DNA of 64,000 bases from Candidatus Woesearchaeota archaeon (GCA_964342415.1 CAYFFD010000002.1:125-64124), one strand, 5' to 3'. Counted from the stretch's first letter, positions 29,418-38,433 are shown. Numbers and translations are program-made. Notes: generated from the letters alone by a model not told the origin.

Positions 29418-29921
29418 ATGGAATATTATGAAAGTTCTACCCTTGAACATAAAGAATGGTGTGTTCCTTCAACGTTGCAAATGTTATTAAAATCAAGGGG
29501 AATTGAAATAAGTCAGTCAGAAATAGCACCCTGTTTTGATCCTGTTATGATTGATTTTTCATTTCAAGGATTTATTTTTAATAATAAATCATTACAAAAT
29601 CTTCTTAAAAAATTTAATTTAAAATCTGAGTTTAGAAACCCTCACGAGAGCGTTGAATTTTATGAAGAATGTGATCTTTTTTTAAGAGAAGCTGTTAATA
29701 GAGGGGATGTCATTTTAGGTTATGACTTACCAAGTATACAAAAAAGAGAAAATGGATTACGAGGACACGTGTCTTTAATTAAAGAATTTGATTTTATTTC
29801 CAGAACAATTACAACAATAGATCCAGTATTAGGTGAAAAAAATTTTACATTAGGAGAATTTATAGTAAATATGGACCCTTGGAAAAATAAAAATTATGGG
29901 TTTTATGTGGTGGGTGAGTAA
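29418..29921 (+). CDS. hypothetical protein, possible papain-like (C39-type) Cys/His fold
   Basis: EWCVPSTLQMLL and a later GHVSLI give a Cys...His arrangement reminiscent of C39-like peptidase domains. Weak, motif-level only. Confidence 0.35.
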   Translation: MEYYESSTLEHKEWCVPSTLQMLLKSRGIEISQSEIAPCFDPVMIDFSFQGFIFNNKSLQNLLKKFNLKSEFRNPHESVEFYEECDLFLREAVNRGDVILGYDLPSIQKRENGLRGHVSLIKEFDFISRTITTIDPVLGEKNFTLGEFIVNMDPWKNKNYGFYVVGE

Positions 29922-29926
29922 AAATA

Positions 29927-30409
29927 TTATATTCTCTCGTAAGTTAAAAAAGAATAAGAAAATTTTTGGTCTTCGCTTCTCTTTTTTTCTTCTTCTAATA
30001 AATTCCATTCTTTCCATTTTACACTCGGAAAAAAAGTGTCTCCTTTAAAACTTCCTTGAACTCTCGTGATTTCCATTATATTTACATGAGGTAAAAATAA
30101 TTCATAGATCTCTCTACCCCCAATAACATAAGAATCTAAATCTTCTGTTAATTCAAATACCTTTTGCATATTTCTTGCAATGTAAATTCTGTTTTGAGGT
30201 TTTAGTGAACTAGACAAAACAATATTTTTTCTTTGAGGTAATGGACTGAATTTTTCAGGAAGAGATTCGTAAGTTCTTCTTCCCATAATAACTGGGGGAT
30301 CTAAAGTTTTTTCTTTAAACCTTTTCATGTCTTCAGGAATATTCCAAGGAACTTGACCATTAATCCCAATAACATTATCATAAGAAATAGCAGCAATTAG
30401 AGTTATCAT
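29927..30409 (-). CDS. folA: dihydrofolate reductase
   Basis: ISYDNVIGINGQVPWNIPEDMKRFKEKT, VIMGRRTYESLP and IGGREIYE; 160 aa. It starts 1 nt after the thyA stop. Confidence 0.85.
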   Translation of the reverse strand: MITLIAAISYDNVIGINGQVPWNIPEDMKRFKEKTLDPPVIMGRRTYESLPEKFSPLPQRKNIVLSSSLKPQNRIYIARNMQKVFELTEDLDSYVIGGREIYELFLPHVNIMEITRVQGSFKGDTFFPSVKWKEWNLLEEEKKRSEDQKFSYSFLTYERI

Positions 30410-30410
30410 T

Positions 30411-31505
30411 TTAAACCGCCATAGCTCTTCTTATAGCAGGATGAGGATCATATCCTTTAAGAGAAAAATCATCAATTGTTAATTCATCATAAGGTTTATC
30501 AGCGATTAACAATTTTGGTAATCCTTTTGGTTTCCTAGATAATTGTTCAACTATTGCAGTAACATGATCATACCCTTTTGTTTCTTTTCTTTCCGGGGGA
30601 GCAGATTCATTTATCCATTCAAAAACCTCCTGGTAATTTTCAAAAAATTCTACCCTATCTATTGCCTCTTTTAACTCTGGAAGATTTTTTCCATACCATT
30701 CAGATCTTTCTCCATCTCCACAATAAAAATGAGTATCTCCAAAAGTGTGAATAAATGATCTTGGCTTTAGTCCTGCTTGTTGAGCAACTATTTGTGTAAG
30801 CATAGCATAACTAGCAATATTAAATGGGACTCCTAAAAACATGTCGGAACTTCTTTGATATAACTGTAAATCCATTTGCCCTTCTTCATTTCCATTAGAT
30901 TGAATTAGGAGATGACAAGGTGGTTGACTTATTCTAATATTCTCTCCAGGATTCCAAGCAGTAATAATATTTCTTTTACTAGTTGGTTTTCTTGTAAGTA
31001 CATCAATAAATTCTTCAAATTGGTCTAGCTTTTTTGGTTCACCATTTTCATCTATGTATCCCCAATGTCTCCATTGACTTCCATAAACAGGTCCAAGGTC
31101 CCCCCATCTACTTGCAAATTCAGAGTCTTCTTTTATTCTTTGAACATATTCTTCTTTTGCTTTATGCCAATCATTAGAATATCTTTCTTTTACTCCTTCA
31201 AGAAAAATTCCTTCATTCACCATCCCTTTTAAATTATGATCAAATGCATTATCATCCCATATATGAACTTTGTTATCTACAAGATATTTTATATTACTCT
31301 TTCCACTCATAAACCATATAAGTTCATGAGCAATTACTTTTTCTCCCATCTTTTTTGTAGTAAGCAAAGGAAATCCTTCTCTAAGATCATATTCATTTTG
31401 ATATCCAAATAAAGAAATTAATCCCATCCTTTTACTTCCACCTTTAAAATCAGTACGTCCTGATGTAAAAACTTCTCTAGAATGATCTAAATATTGTTTC
31501 ACCAT
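30411..31505 (-). CDS. thyA: thymidylate synthase ThyA (long form, 364 aa)
   Basis: PPCHLLIQ (catalytic Cys), YQRSSDMFLGVPFNIASYAML, C-terminal GYDPHPAIRRAMAV. Two insertions of roughly 45 aa each relative to the ~264-aa core. Confidence 0.9.
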   Translation of the reverse strand: MVKQYLDHSREVFTSGRTDFKGGSKRMGLISLFGYQNEYDLREGFPLLTTKKMGEKVIAHELIWFMSGKSNIKYLVDNKVHIWDDNAFDHNLKGMVNEGIFLEGVKERYSNDWHKAKEEYVQRIKEDSEFASRWGDLGPVYGSQWRHWGYIDENGEPKKLDQFEEFIDVLTRKPTSKRNIITAWNPGENIRISQPPCHLLIQSNGNEEGQMDLQLYQRSSDMFLGVPFNIASYAMLTQIVAQQAGLKPRSFIHTFGDTHFYCGDGERSEWYGKNLPELKEAIDRVEFFENYQEVFEWINESAPPERKETKGYDHVTAIVEQLSRKPKGLPKLLIADKPYDELTIDDFSLKGYDPHPAIRRAMAV

Positions 31506-31559
31506 TTTAATTATAGAAATAAATTTTGTTTTTAAATATAATTACACTCAAGATATTAA

Positions 31560-32687
31560 TTAATCTTTTTTGAAACTTTTTGGAAGAAATGATTTTAAAT
31601 CACTAAAATCAGTGCTTCTTACCTCCATGTATGATTGTTTTGGAACATCCATCATTCTGTAAACTTCAAATTTTGCTATCTTTTGACCATGTTGTAATGC
31701 AATAGGCGAATCTCTTGCCCTAACTTCAAAAACAATGGATGAAGCCACGTTGGGGTTTTTGGGGTCATATCCATGTCCAGCATTGATCAATCCTGCATAA
31801 TGAGTTCTTGCATCTGCCAATTCAGGAGAGTATTCTGAAATTTCTGCAGCAACTTCAGGAGGAAGCCTAATATGTTCCATTGATTTCACCAATACAAATT
31901 CCTCAGGATGAATAATAACTAATTTATCTTTAGAATTTTTTCTTTTTACTTCTTCAAAGAAATCGTTCGGATCATATTCTTCTTCTTTTGAAAGGACAAT
32001 AGTTTTCTTCCTTCGGTTTGCTTTATATATTAGTAATTTATTTGACAAGTCTGCATGAAAAGTAAATTCTCCTGTTCTGACAACCTCATCTCTTTCTTCA
32101 TTGTTATATGAAAGTTTTCCTTTTGAGTTTGTTAATATTGGATGATCTCTTAACAACAAATCAAGATCAAATCCTTGTAATGGTTGAGGCTCTCCATTAT
32201 AAAATCTAACTTGAGGTATTGCTGTTCCTTGATCAATTACTATCGGAAATGTCGTAGCGCATATTTCTGCATAAAGATTTCCATTATGTCCTGCAGGAAT
32301 ATTGTCAAACCTTGACACTTTATCAACTAACCCTCTTGTAGAAATTCCTATTCTTCCTCTTCCTGATTTATTATGCATCCTTGCTGTTACAGTGTTCGGT
32401 AATTTCAAGCTTTCGAGTAATTTAACTAAATATGGTTGAGAAGGTTCAAGATAGAAATCTTTTTTTGATGTATTTGAATCATCTACAACATCTGAATTTC
32501 CTAATACTTCTTCCACATTTTGAGTTTCTAATGGTAAAAAACTTCCAAGAAGTCTCCATCTTGGAACATCTAATCTTAAATCTAAACTACTTGAATTAAT
32601 CAATGATTTATCCGCACCAATTATCAACTCTCTTTCTATTAATTCTTTAATTCTCCAATCAGGTAAAACTTCTCCTCTTCCATTCAT
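31560..32687 (-). CDS. long-form dCTP deaminase-like protein (tandem dUTPase-fold halves)
   Basis: 375 aa. The N-terminal half has SSSLDLRL (compare the dCTP deaminase A-x-x-DLRLG motif). The C-terminal half (GLINAGHGYD, IVFEVRA) is also dUTPase-fold-like. Confidence 0.6.
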   Translation of the reverse strand: MNGRGEVLPDWRIKELIERELIIGADKSLINSSSLDLRLDVPRWRLLGSFLPLETQNVEEVLGNSDVVDDSNTSKKDFYLEPSQPYLVKLLESLKLPNTVTARMHNKSGRGRIGISTRGLVDKVSRFDNIPAGHNGNLYAEICATTFPIVIDQGTAIPQVRFYNGEPQPLQGFDLDLLLRDHPILTNSKGKLSYNNEERDEVVRTGEFTFHADLSNKLLIYKANRRKKTIVLSKEEEYDPNDFFEEVKRKNSKDKLVIIHPEEFVLVKSMEHIRLPPEVAAEISEYSPELADARTHYAGLINAGHGYDPKNPNVASSIVFEVRARDSPIALQHGQKIAKFEVYRMMDVPKQSYMEVRSTDFSDLKSFLPKSFKKD

Positions 32688-32740
32688 AAGAATTTATTTA
32701 CTAATTAGTTTTTAAATAAAATTGTAATAGAAAGATATTG

Positions 32741-33277
32741 TTAGACTTGAGTTTCTTTTTTTCCCTCTGTTGAAACTCTCCCACCTTGCCACTGTCCTCT
32801 GTAACTTAAATAATTCTCAGAGGTGTTAAAAAATAATATATGAACAATTCTTGCACCCATTTCTAACTTAAAATCATTTTTTCCAAAATTACACATACCA
32901 AAAGTAAGGCCTCCTTTATATCCTGGGTCTGCAGTAGCTGTAAATAACCCAACACCACATCTTTGTAATGTTGAACGTGGCCTAAATATTGCTGCAATAT
33001 TATCTGGAAGATTAATTTTTTCAATGGTCTTTACTAAAATATATTCACCTGGCTTTAAGATAATTTCTTTATTTTGACTATATTCTGCAATTGATTCTGT
33101 TTCAGGTGTGGATCTTTCTGTTTCACCTAAAAAAGCTTCTCCATCTTTTATCTTGAAGACTTCCCCAATTCTTAAATCAAATCCAGCTCCTTCAGGATTT
33201 TCTAATTCCCTCTCGCTTAAATTTTCAACTAATTTATTTTCTCTTACAAGTTTCAAAAGTTCTTTTGTTCCAATCAT
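32741..33277 (-). CDS. dcd: dCTP deaminase (possibly bifunctional dCTP deaminase/dUTPase)
   Basis: AGFDLRIGEVF, ADPGYKGGLTFGMCNFG and ARIVHILFF; 178 aa. Confidence 0.85.
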   Translation of the reverse strand: MIGTKELLKLVRENKLVENLSERELENPEGAGFDLRIGEVFKIKDGEAFLGETERSTPETESIAEYSQNKEIILKPGEYILVKTIEKINLPDNIAAIFRPRSTLQRCGVGLFTATADPGYKGGLTFGMCNFGKNDFKLEMGARIVHILFFNTSENYLSYRGQWQGGRVSTEGKKETQV

Positions 33278-33327
33278 CTTTCAAATTTTAATTTTCTTTT
33301 CTTTATAATATTTATTATTATGTTCAA

Positions 33328-33609
33328 TTACATATCTCCAACAATTGTGAATAATAGTTTGTACGAAAACCAAAATGCAATTATGTAATAAATAAATGTC
33401 TTTACTCCGAAAATCATTAGGAGAATGTAAAAGGCAACTCCGAGATCAACTTTGCTCATAACATCATCAAAAAATAAAACTGCTTTTGTTGCGAGATATC
33501 CTGCTGAGATTAACAAAAGAACTGTTGCTCCAGAAATCATATCAAAATGTGTCAAGCTTATAACTAGAAATACAAAAATATCCATGGCCATGAAGATCCA
33601 AATTAGCAT
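33328..33609 (-). CDS. small integral membrane protein (3 hydrophobic helices)
   Basis: 93-aa hydrophobic ORF. Its start codon overlaps the cobO stop by 1 nt. No family recognised. Confidence 0.45.
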   Translation of the reverse strand: MLIWIFMAMDIFVFLVISLTHFDMISGATVLLLISAGYLATKAVLFFDDVMSKVDLGVAFYILLMIFGVKTFIYYIIAFWFSYKLLFTIVGDM

Positions 33610-34139
33610 TAAAACTCAATTCCTTTTCTTGCAAAAACGCCTTTATCATAAGGATGTTTTATTTTCTTTACCTCTGAAACATAGTCGGCTTTGTCAAATA
33701 TTACTTCAGGAATGTTCCGCCCCGTTAAAATAAACTCAGTGTTTTTTGGCTTACTTTCCATAAGCTCTAAAATAATTTCTTCAGAGAAAATTTCCCATTT
33801 AATTCCAGGACCGACTTCATCAATCAAAACAACATCATACTCTTCAATATCTTTAATCGCTTCCTTCCAAAATTCTAGGAATTGTTTTTTCAAATCTTCC
33901 AGCTCATCAGAATTATAAGTTTTAAAAAAAGGATGCAGCGGCTTGAATTGTAAATATTTGAATCCTGAATTTTCAAAAAAAAACTGCTCTCCTGTATCTC
34001 GTTTGAATAATTGGATCACTTTGATATTAAGTCCTCTTCCTAAAGCCCTAACTAACAATCCCATTCCTGCAGAAGTTTTTCCTTTTCCTTCTCCAGTATA
34101 AACATGAATTAAACCTAGTTTTTCTTTTTCAACTTCCAT
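33609..34139 (-). CDS. cobO: cob(I)alamin/cob(I)yrinic acid a,c-diamide adenosyltransferase (CobA/CobO/BtuR type)
   Basis: GLIHVYTGEGKGKTSAGMGLLVRALGRG P-loop and VLIDEVG. The start is set at MEVEKEK (nt 34139), abutting the nrdJ stop. The longer ORF to 34244 would overlap nrdJ. Confidence 0.85.
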   Translation of the reverse strand: MEVEKEKLGLIHVYTGEGKGKTSAGMGLLVRALGRGLNIKVIQLFKRDTGEQFFFENSGFKYLQFKPLHPFFKTYNSDELEDLKKQFLEFWKEAIKDIEEYDVVLIDEVGPGIKWEIFSEEIILELMESKPKNTEFILTGRNIPEVIFDKADYVSEVKKIKHPYDKGVFARKGIEF

Positions 34140-34140
34140 T

Positions 34141-36609
34141 TTAACTACATTTAGAATAACCACAATCAAAGCAAGTCGACTCTGAGCATCCAGAGACCAT
34201 ACCAACATTCGCGCTAAAGCATTTCGGGCAGTGAAGTTTTTCATCAGTTTCTGGCTCTTTGCTTTCTGTATTTTGATCGAAGGTTTTTATTTTTTTTGTT
34301 TTTATAAGATGACTCCTTAATGCTTTTGAGATTGCATGAGGTATTGAATCAATTCTATTTTTTCCAAATCCATATGGTTTCTCTGACTTGATTGAATTAA
34401 GATGTTTCAAGATTCTTGAAGGATCTCCTCCAAGTTCAAAATATTTTGACAAGACAATTGCCAATGCGCTTGACAAACCAGAAATCTCTGTTCCTGTTGG
34501 AGACATGTTTGCAAAAACTTTTGTAGGCCCCTCATTATCATAATTTACATGCAAATGAATCGCACCATGACCTGTTTGAATTAAATAGTAGTCTGACAAT
34601 TCTTCAAGATTTCTCTTTTTAGTTTTCTTCTTTTCTTTTTCATTCACATTTAAAACTTGAAATTGCTTGCTTCCATCCCTGTAAACAGTAACTCCTTTAG
34701 CACCATTTTCATAGGCAAGCAAGTAAACATCTTCAACATCTTTTTCTGTCGCTTCATTTTTTAGGTTCACTGTTTTTGAAACGGCGTTGTCAGTGTATTT
34801 CTGAAAGGCGCACTGCATCATCACATGTTCTTTTGGTTTCAGGTCATGAGCTGTTAAAAACAAGTTCTGAATGTCTTCAGGTATTTCACTTATCCCTACA
34901 AGAGATTTGTGATTATCATTTATTTTTACATACAATTCTTCTTTATTCAAGCCAAAGTAATTATTTTGTTCCGCAATTTTTTCAAATAAAGGATTTATCT
35001 CAAAGAAAGTGTCTTTTTCTTCTGGCTTCTCTCCTTTCTTCAATGCATCAATTCCTGCTGCATTATACCTCACATAAACTACTGCAAAAAATGGCTCTAT
35101 TCCTGCTCCCTGTAATCCTGCAGTTATTCCAATTGTTCCTGTCGGAGCGATTGTTGTTCTTGCTGAATGTCTTGGGAAAAATTCCTGCTCTCTAAAATAT
35201 TGGCTTTCCTTGTCGTAAATAGAACCTTTCCATGCAGGGAAAACACCTCTCTTTTCAGCAAGTTCCTCAGAGGCATTCAAGCATGAAACATTAATGAACT
35301 TCATAACTTCCTCCGCTTTTCTTAATGCTTCTGAAGAATTATAAGGAATCTTAAGCACAACCAAAGATTCTGCCCATCCCATAATCCCTAAACCAATTCT
35401 TCTTGACTTCTTTGCCATTTCTTCAATTTCATGAATTGGATAATTGTTTACATCAATGACATTGTCCAAAAAATGTGTGCAAGTATGGACACATTCTCTT
35501 AATTTTTCGTAATCAAAGTCACTGCCATCTTCTTTTACAAATTTTAATAAATTTATTGAACCTAAATTACATGGCTCGTAAGGTAACAAAGGTTGTTCCC
35601 CGCAAGGATTTGTAGATTCTATTTCACCTAAATGAGGTGTTGCGTTGCTTCCAGTGTTGTTTATCCTATCGATGATTATTATTCCAGGGTCCCCTGTTTC
35701 CCAAGCACCCTTGACCAATTTTTCCAAGACTTCTTTGGCATTAAGTTTTCCAACAACTTCTTTGTTTTTAGGATTAGTTAATTCATATTCTTGATTATTT
35801 TTTGCAGCTTGCATAAATTTATCATCAATTGTTACAGAGACATTAAAATTTTCCATCATGCCATGAGTTTTTTTCATATCTATAAATTTGAGAATATCTG
35901 GATGAGTATAATGAAGAATTCCCATGTTCGCTCCACGCCTTGTTCCTCCTTGCTTAACTACTTCTGTTGACTTGTCAAACATTTGCATGAAACTTATTGG
36001 TCCTGAAGAAACTCCATGAGTTGTTCTAACTGCATCTCCGGAAGGTCTTAATTTTGAAAATGAAAATCCTGTCCCTCCACCACTCTTATGAATTAAAGCC
36101 ATGTTTTTCACCGATGAGTAAATTCCATCTATTGAATCTTCCACTGGAAGAACATAACATGCACTTAATTGCTGTAAGTCCCTTCCTGCATTCATCAATG
36201 TTGGAGAGTTCGGTAGGAATTTAAAACTTGAGAGAAGTTCGTAGAACTTTTCCTCTGCTTCTAAAATGATTTCAGGATTTCTTACATTTATATCTTCTAA
36301 ATTTTCCAGAAATTTTTTAGAATTAAGACGCATCATTTTATAATCATCAATCCCATCGTGAAGAAGAAACATTTTTCCAACACTTCCTTTTGATTTGTAT
36401 TCTATTTTTTTGCAATTAACTCCTTCAAAAATATCTCCTCTAGATACTTCCTTAGAATATAATATTTCTGCAAGGGCAATGTTATGACATACATTTCTTA
36501 ACCAGGATTCAATTGTCGGCGAGTTTTTCAAATACTTGTCTTTAATTACTTTCAATTGATTTATTGTTAAATCCAATTTTGTTAGTTGTTTTAATTCTGT
36601 TTCAATCAT
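34141..36609 (-). CDS. nrdJ: ribonucleotide reductase, class II (adenosylcobalamin-dependent)
   Basis: NPCGEQPLLPYEPCNLGSINL, TIAPTGT, and a C-terminal CPKC...CFDCG zinc ribbon. There is no glycyl-radical tail and no small-subunit gene. A cobalamin adenosyltransferase lies immediately downstream. Confidence 0.9.
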   Translation of the reverse strand: MIETELKQLTKLDLTINQLKVIKDKYLKNSPTIESWLRNVCHNIALAEILYSKEVSRGDIFEGVNCKKIEYKSKGSVGKMFLLHDGIDDYKMMRLNSKKFLENLEDINVRNPEIILEAEEKFYELLSSFKFLPNSPTLMNAGRDLQQLSACYVLPVEDSIDGIYSSVKNMALIHKSGGGTGFSFSKLRPSGDAVRTTHGVSSGPISFMQMFDKSTEVVKQGGTRRGANMGILHYTHPDILKFIDMKKTHGMMENFNVSVTIDDKFMQAAKNNQEYELTNPKNKEVVGKLNAKEVLEKLVKGAWETGDPGIIIIDRINNTGSNATPHLGEIESTNPCGEQPLLPYEPCNLGSINLLKFVKEDGSDFDYEKLRECVHTCTHFLDNVIDVNNYPIHEIEEMAKKSRRIGLGIMGWAESLVVLKIPYNSSEALRKAEEVMKFINVSCLNASEELAEKRGVFPAWKGSIYDKESQYFREQEFFPRHSARTTIAPTGTIGITAGLQGAGIEPFFAVVYVRYNAAGIDALKKGEKPEEKDTFFEINPLFEKIAEQNNYFGLNKEELYVKINDNHKSLVGISEIPEDIQNLFLTAHDLKPKEHVMMQCAFQKYTDNAVSKTVNLKNEATEKDVEDVYLLAYENGAKGVTVYRDGSKQFQVLNVNEKEKKKTKKRNLEELSDYYLIQTGHGAIHLHVNYDNEGPTKVFANMSPTGTEISGLSSALAIVLSKYFELGGDPSRILKHLNSIKSEKPYGFGKNRIDSIPHAISKALRSHLIKTKKIKTFDQNTESKEPETDEKLHCPKCFSANVGMVSGCSESTCFDCGYSKCS

Positions 36610-36612
36610 ATT

Positions 36613-37101
36613 TTATCTCCTTTTTAAAACATCAAAAATATTTTTAGATTTCTGAGTGTTGTCAGAAATATCTTTTGTAATATTTCTAAAGTCTTTAACA
36701 TCTTGAAAATTCTTATAAACAGACGAGAACCTTATGTATGCAACATTATCAATTTTCTTTATCTTTTTCATAACCACCTCTCCGATAACAGAACTCTTAA
36801 TTTCCTTTTCCCCCTTTCTTCTCAGCTGTTCCTCAATTTCATTTATCATCTTTTCAATTTTTTCTTTTGAAATAGGGCGCTTTTCAAACGCCTTGTCAAT
36901 CCCTTTTTCCAATTTCTCTCTAGAGAACTTTTCTCTGCTTTTATCTTTTTTTATGATATAAAGGTCATGTTGAACTATTTTTTCATGAGTTGTGAACCTC
37001 TTTTTGCACTTCAAGCACTCTCTCCTTCGCCTTATCCCATGAGGCGATTCCCTTTTATCTGTTACCTTCAATGCTTTATCCCAACAATATGGACATTTCA
37101 T
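36613..37101 (-). CDS. nrdR: transcriptional repressor NrdR (zinc ribbon + ATP-cone)
   Basis: MKCPYC...CLKCKKRFTTHE zinc ribbon followed by an ATP-cone. It ends 3 nt before nrdJ. Confidence 0.9.
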   Translation of the reverse strand: MKCPYCWDKALKVTDKRESPHGIRRRRECLKCKKRFTTHEKIVQHDLYIIKKDKSREKFSREKLEKGIDKAFEKRPISKEKIEKMINEIEEQLRRKGEKEIKSSVIGEVVMKKIKKIDNVAYIRFSSVYKNFQDVKDFRNITKDISDNTQKSKNIFDVLKRR

Positions 37102-37134
37102 TTTAATTAATCAAGTATGACCAACTTAAAGGAA

Positions 37135-37181
37135 GCACAAGATGTTGTATATTATAATTAAATCATCACCATAAATTGTAT
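37135..37181. promoter_or_regulatory. two candidate NrdR boxes upstream of nrdR-nrdJ
   Basis: gCACAAGATGTTGTAT (37135-37150) and tCACCATAAATTGTAT (37166-37181). Each matches about 11-12 of 16 positions of the acaCwAtATaTwGtgt consensus. Box starts are 31 bp apart, 34-80 nt upstream of the nrdR ATG. Confidence 0.4.
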
Positions 37182-37298
37182 TTCCAAGAACTTAGAGAAT
37201 ATTTATTATTTAAAGTTTTATAACTATTTTAAAATAAGAATTAAACTTTCCGTTCAAACCACCTAAATTCTTATAAAATAAGTATCTTTTAGATTTTA

Positions 37299-37562
37299 AT
37301 GGCAACAAGAGAAGGTGCTCTTAAAATGGCAGAAGAAATAAGAGAAGAAGAAAAGATAAATCCTCTTCTTAAAAAGAGTCTTGGAGAATTAATTAGGGAT
37401 ATGCAAATAATGGTTTCTGAAGACCCAAACGTATTAAGGCCAAGAGAAGAAGTTCCTACAATAAGTTTAGATAGACATGAAAAGTATCAAGAAATTGTTG
37501 AAGAATTAGGTAGAAGAGAGAGTAATTACAATTCTTATATAGGACCTCCTAGATTTGATTAG
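37299..37562 (+). CDS. hypothetical protein
   Basis: 87-aa acidic ORF, divergent from nrdR. No motif recognised. Confidence 0.4.
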   Translation: MATREGALKMAEEIREEEKINPLLKKSLGELIRDMQIMVSEDPNVLRPREEVPTISLDRHEKYQEIVEELGRRESNYNSYIGPPRFD

Positions 37563-37578
37563 ATTTCTTACTTTTCCT

Positions 37579-38400
37579 TCAAACAATTTTTTTCTTAACA
37601 CCAGATACTACTTTTGCTTCATCTATAATTTTTCTTAACACTTTCTCAGAAAGATTTGTTTTTCTTTTCAATTCCTTAAAACTATAATCAACTAAACTTC
37701 TGGATAATATAATATCTGATTTGTAAAGTTTTAATTTTACAGAATCATTAACTGATTTAAGAATAGTTATAGGGTATAATTTTTTTTCTTCGATTAATTT
37801 TCTAAGACTTTCCTTTTCAGGATATTGCCAACTCGTTATTTTCATGTTAACTCCCTTTGCATAAGCAATTGCTTTTCGTGAAAGCCTTGTGTTTGTCGCA
37901 AGCCAAGCATAATCAAAATGTTTTTTCAAATCCAGAAACCTCGCATAAGTGTATAATGCAACTTTCAAGTTTGTGTAAATCCCTACAGAATTATGGTATT
38001 TGTTTTCAACCATGTAAGTGAAATCTTTTTTAGCAATTATATCAACTTCTTGGCTTATGGATTTTCCCCGAACCATTTTCCCAACCTGCGTTTTGTAACC
38101 ATAGCTTTTCAAAATCTCTGCGAAAAACTTTTCAAATATAAATCCAGTGGGCCCTAGCCTCATAATCGCCCTTTTCAAATCATATATTTCAGCAATTTCG
38201 GGATTTTTAGTTTTTAATAATTTTAAAGCTGTTTCTAAAATCTTTTTTGTAGTTATCCCGTTGTAAACTTTCACCTCAACTTTTTTAACAATTTCCTCAG
38301 CAAGTTTTCTTGACGCTCCTGCCCTTAAAAGAGAACGCAATATTCTTTCAGGTTTAAACTCTGCCTTTTCCCCCGACGCTTTTATCACATACATTTTCAA
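37579..38400 (-). CDS. ATP-cone domain fused to PD-(D/E)xK (Mrr-cat-like) nuclease domain
   Basis: The N-terminal YVIKASGEKAEFKPERILRSLLRAGAS...AEEIVKKVE is ATP-cone-like. The central EVDIIAKKDFTYMVENKYH gives a D...ExK nuclease core. Confidence 0.7.
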   Translation of the reverse strand: MKMYVIKASGEKAEFKPERILRSLLRAGASRKLAEEIVKKVEVKVYNGITTKKILETALKLLKTKNPEIAEIYDLKRAIMRLGPTGFIFEKFFAEILKSYGYKTQVGKMVRGKSISQEVDIIAKKDFTYMVENKYHNSVGIYTNLKVALYTYARFLDLKKHFDYAWLATNTRLSRKAIAYAKGVNMKITSWQYPEKESLRKLIEEKKLYPITILKSVNDSVKLKLYKSDIILSRSLVDYSFKELKRKTNLSEKVLRKIIDEAKVVSGVKKKIV

Positions 38401-38433
38401 TAAATATTTAAACTTTATATTTTTTATAAAGAT

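Noticed and set aside
30411-31505. The long ThyA as a phage-like dUMP/dCMP hydroxymethylase for hypermodified DNA.
   Set aside because: The dUMP-specifying Asn (PFNIASY) and the catalytic Cys are retained. A DHFR gene follows 1 nt downstream, which fits a normal thymidylate cycle. No other phage-like or base-modification genes are adjacent. The idea cannot be fully excluded without an alignment.
34140-34244. The N-terminal 35-aa extension of the cobO ORF, overlapping the end of nrdJ.
   Set aside because: The extension is the out-of-frame translation of the nrdJ zinc-ribbon region. The Met at 34139 precedes the P-loop at the usual distance.
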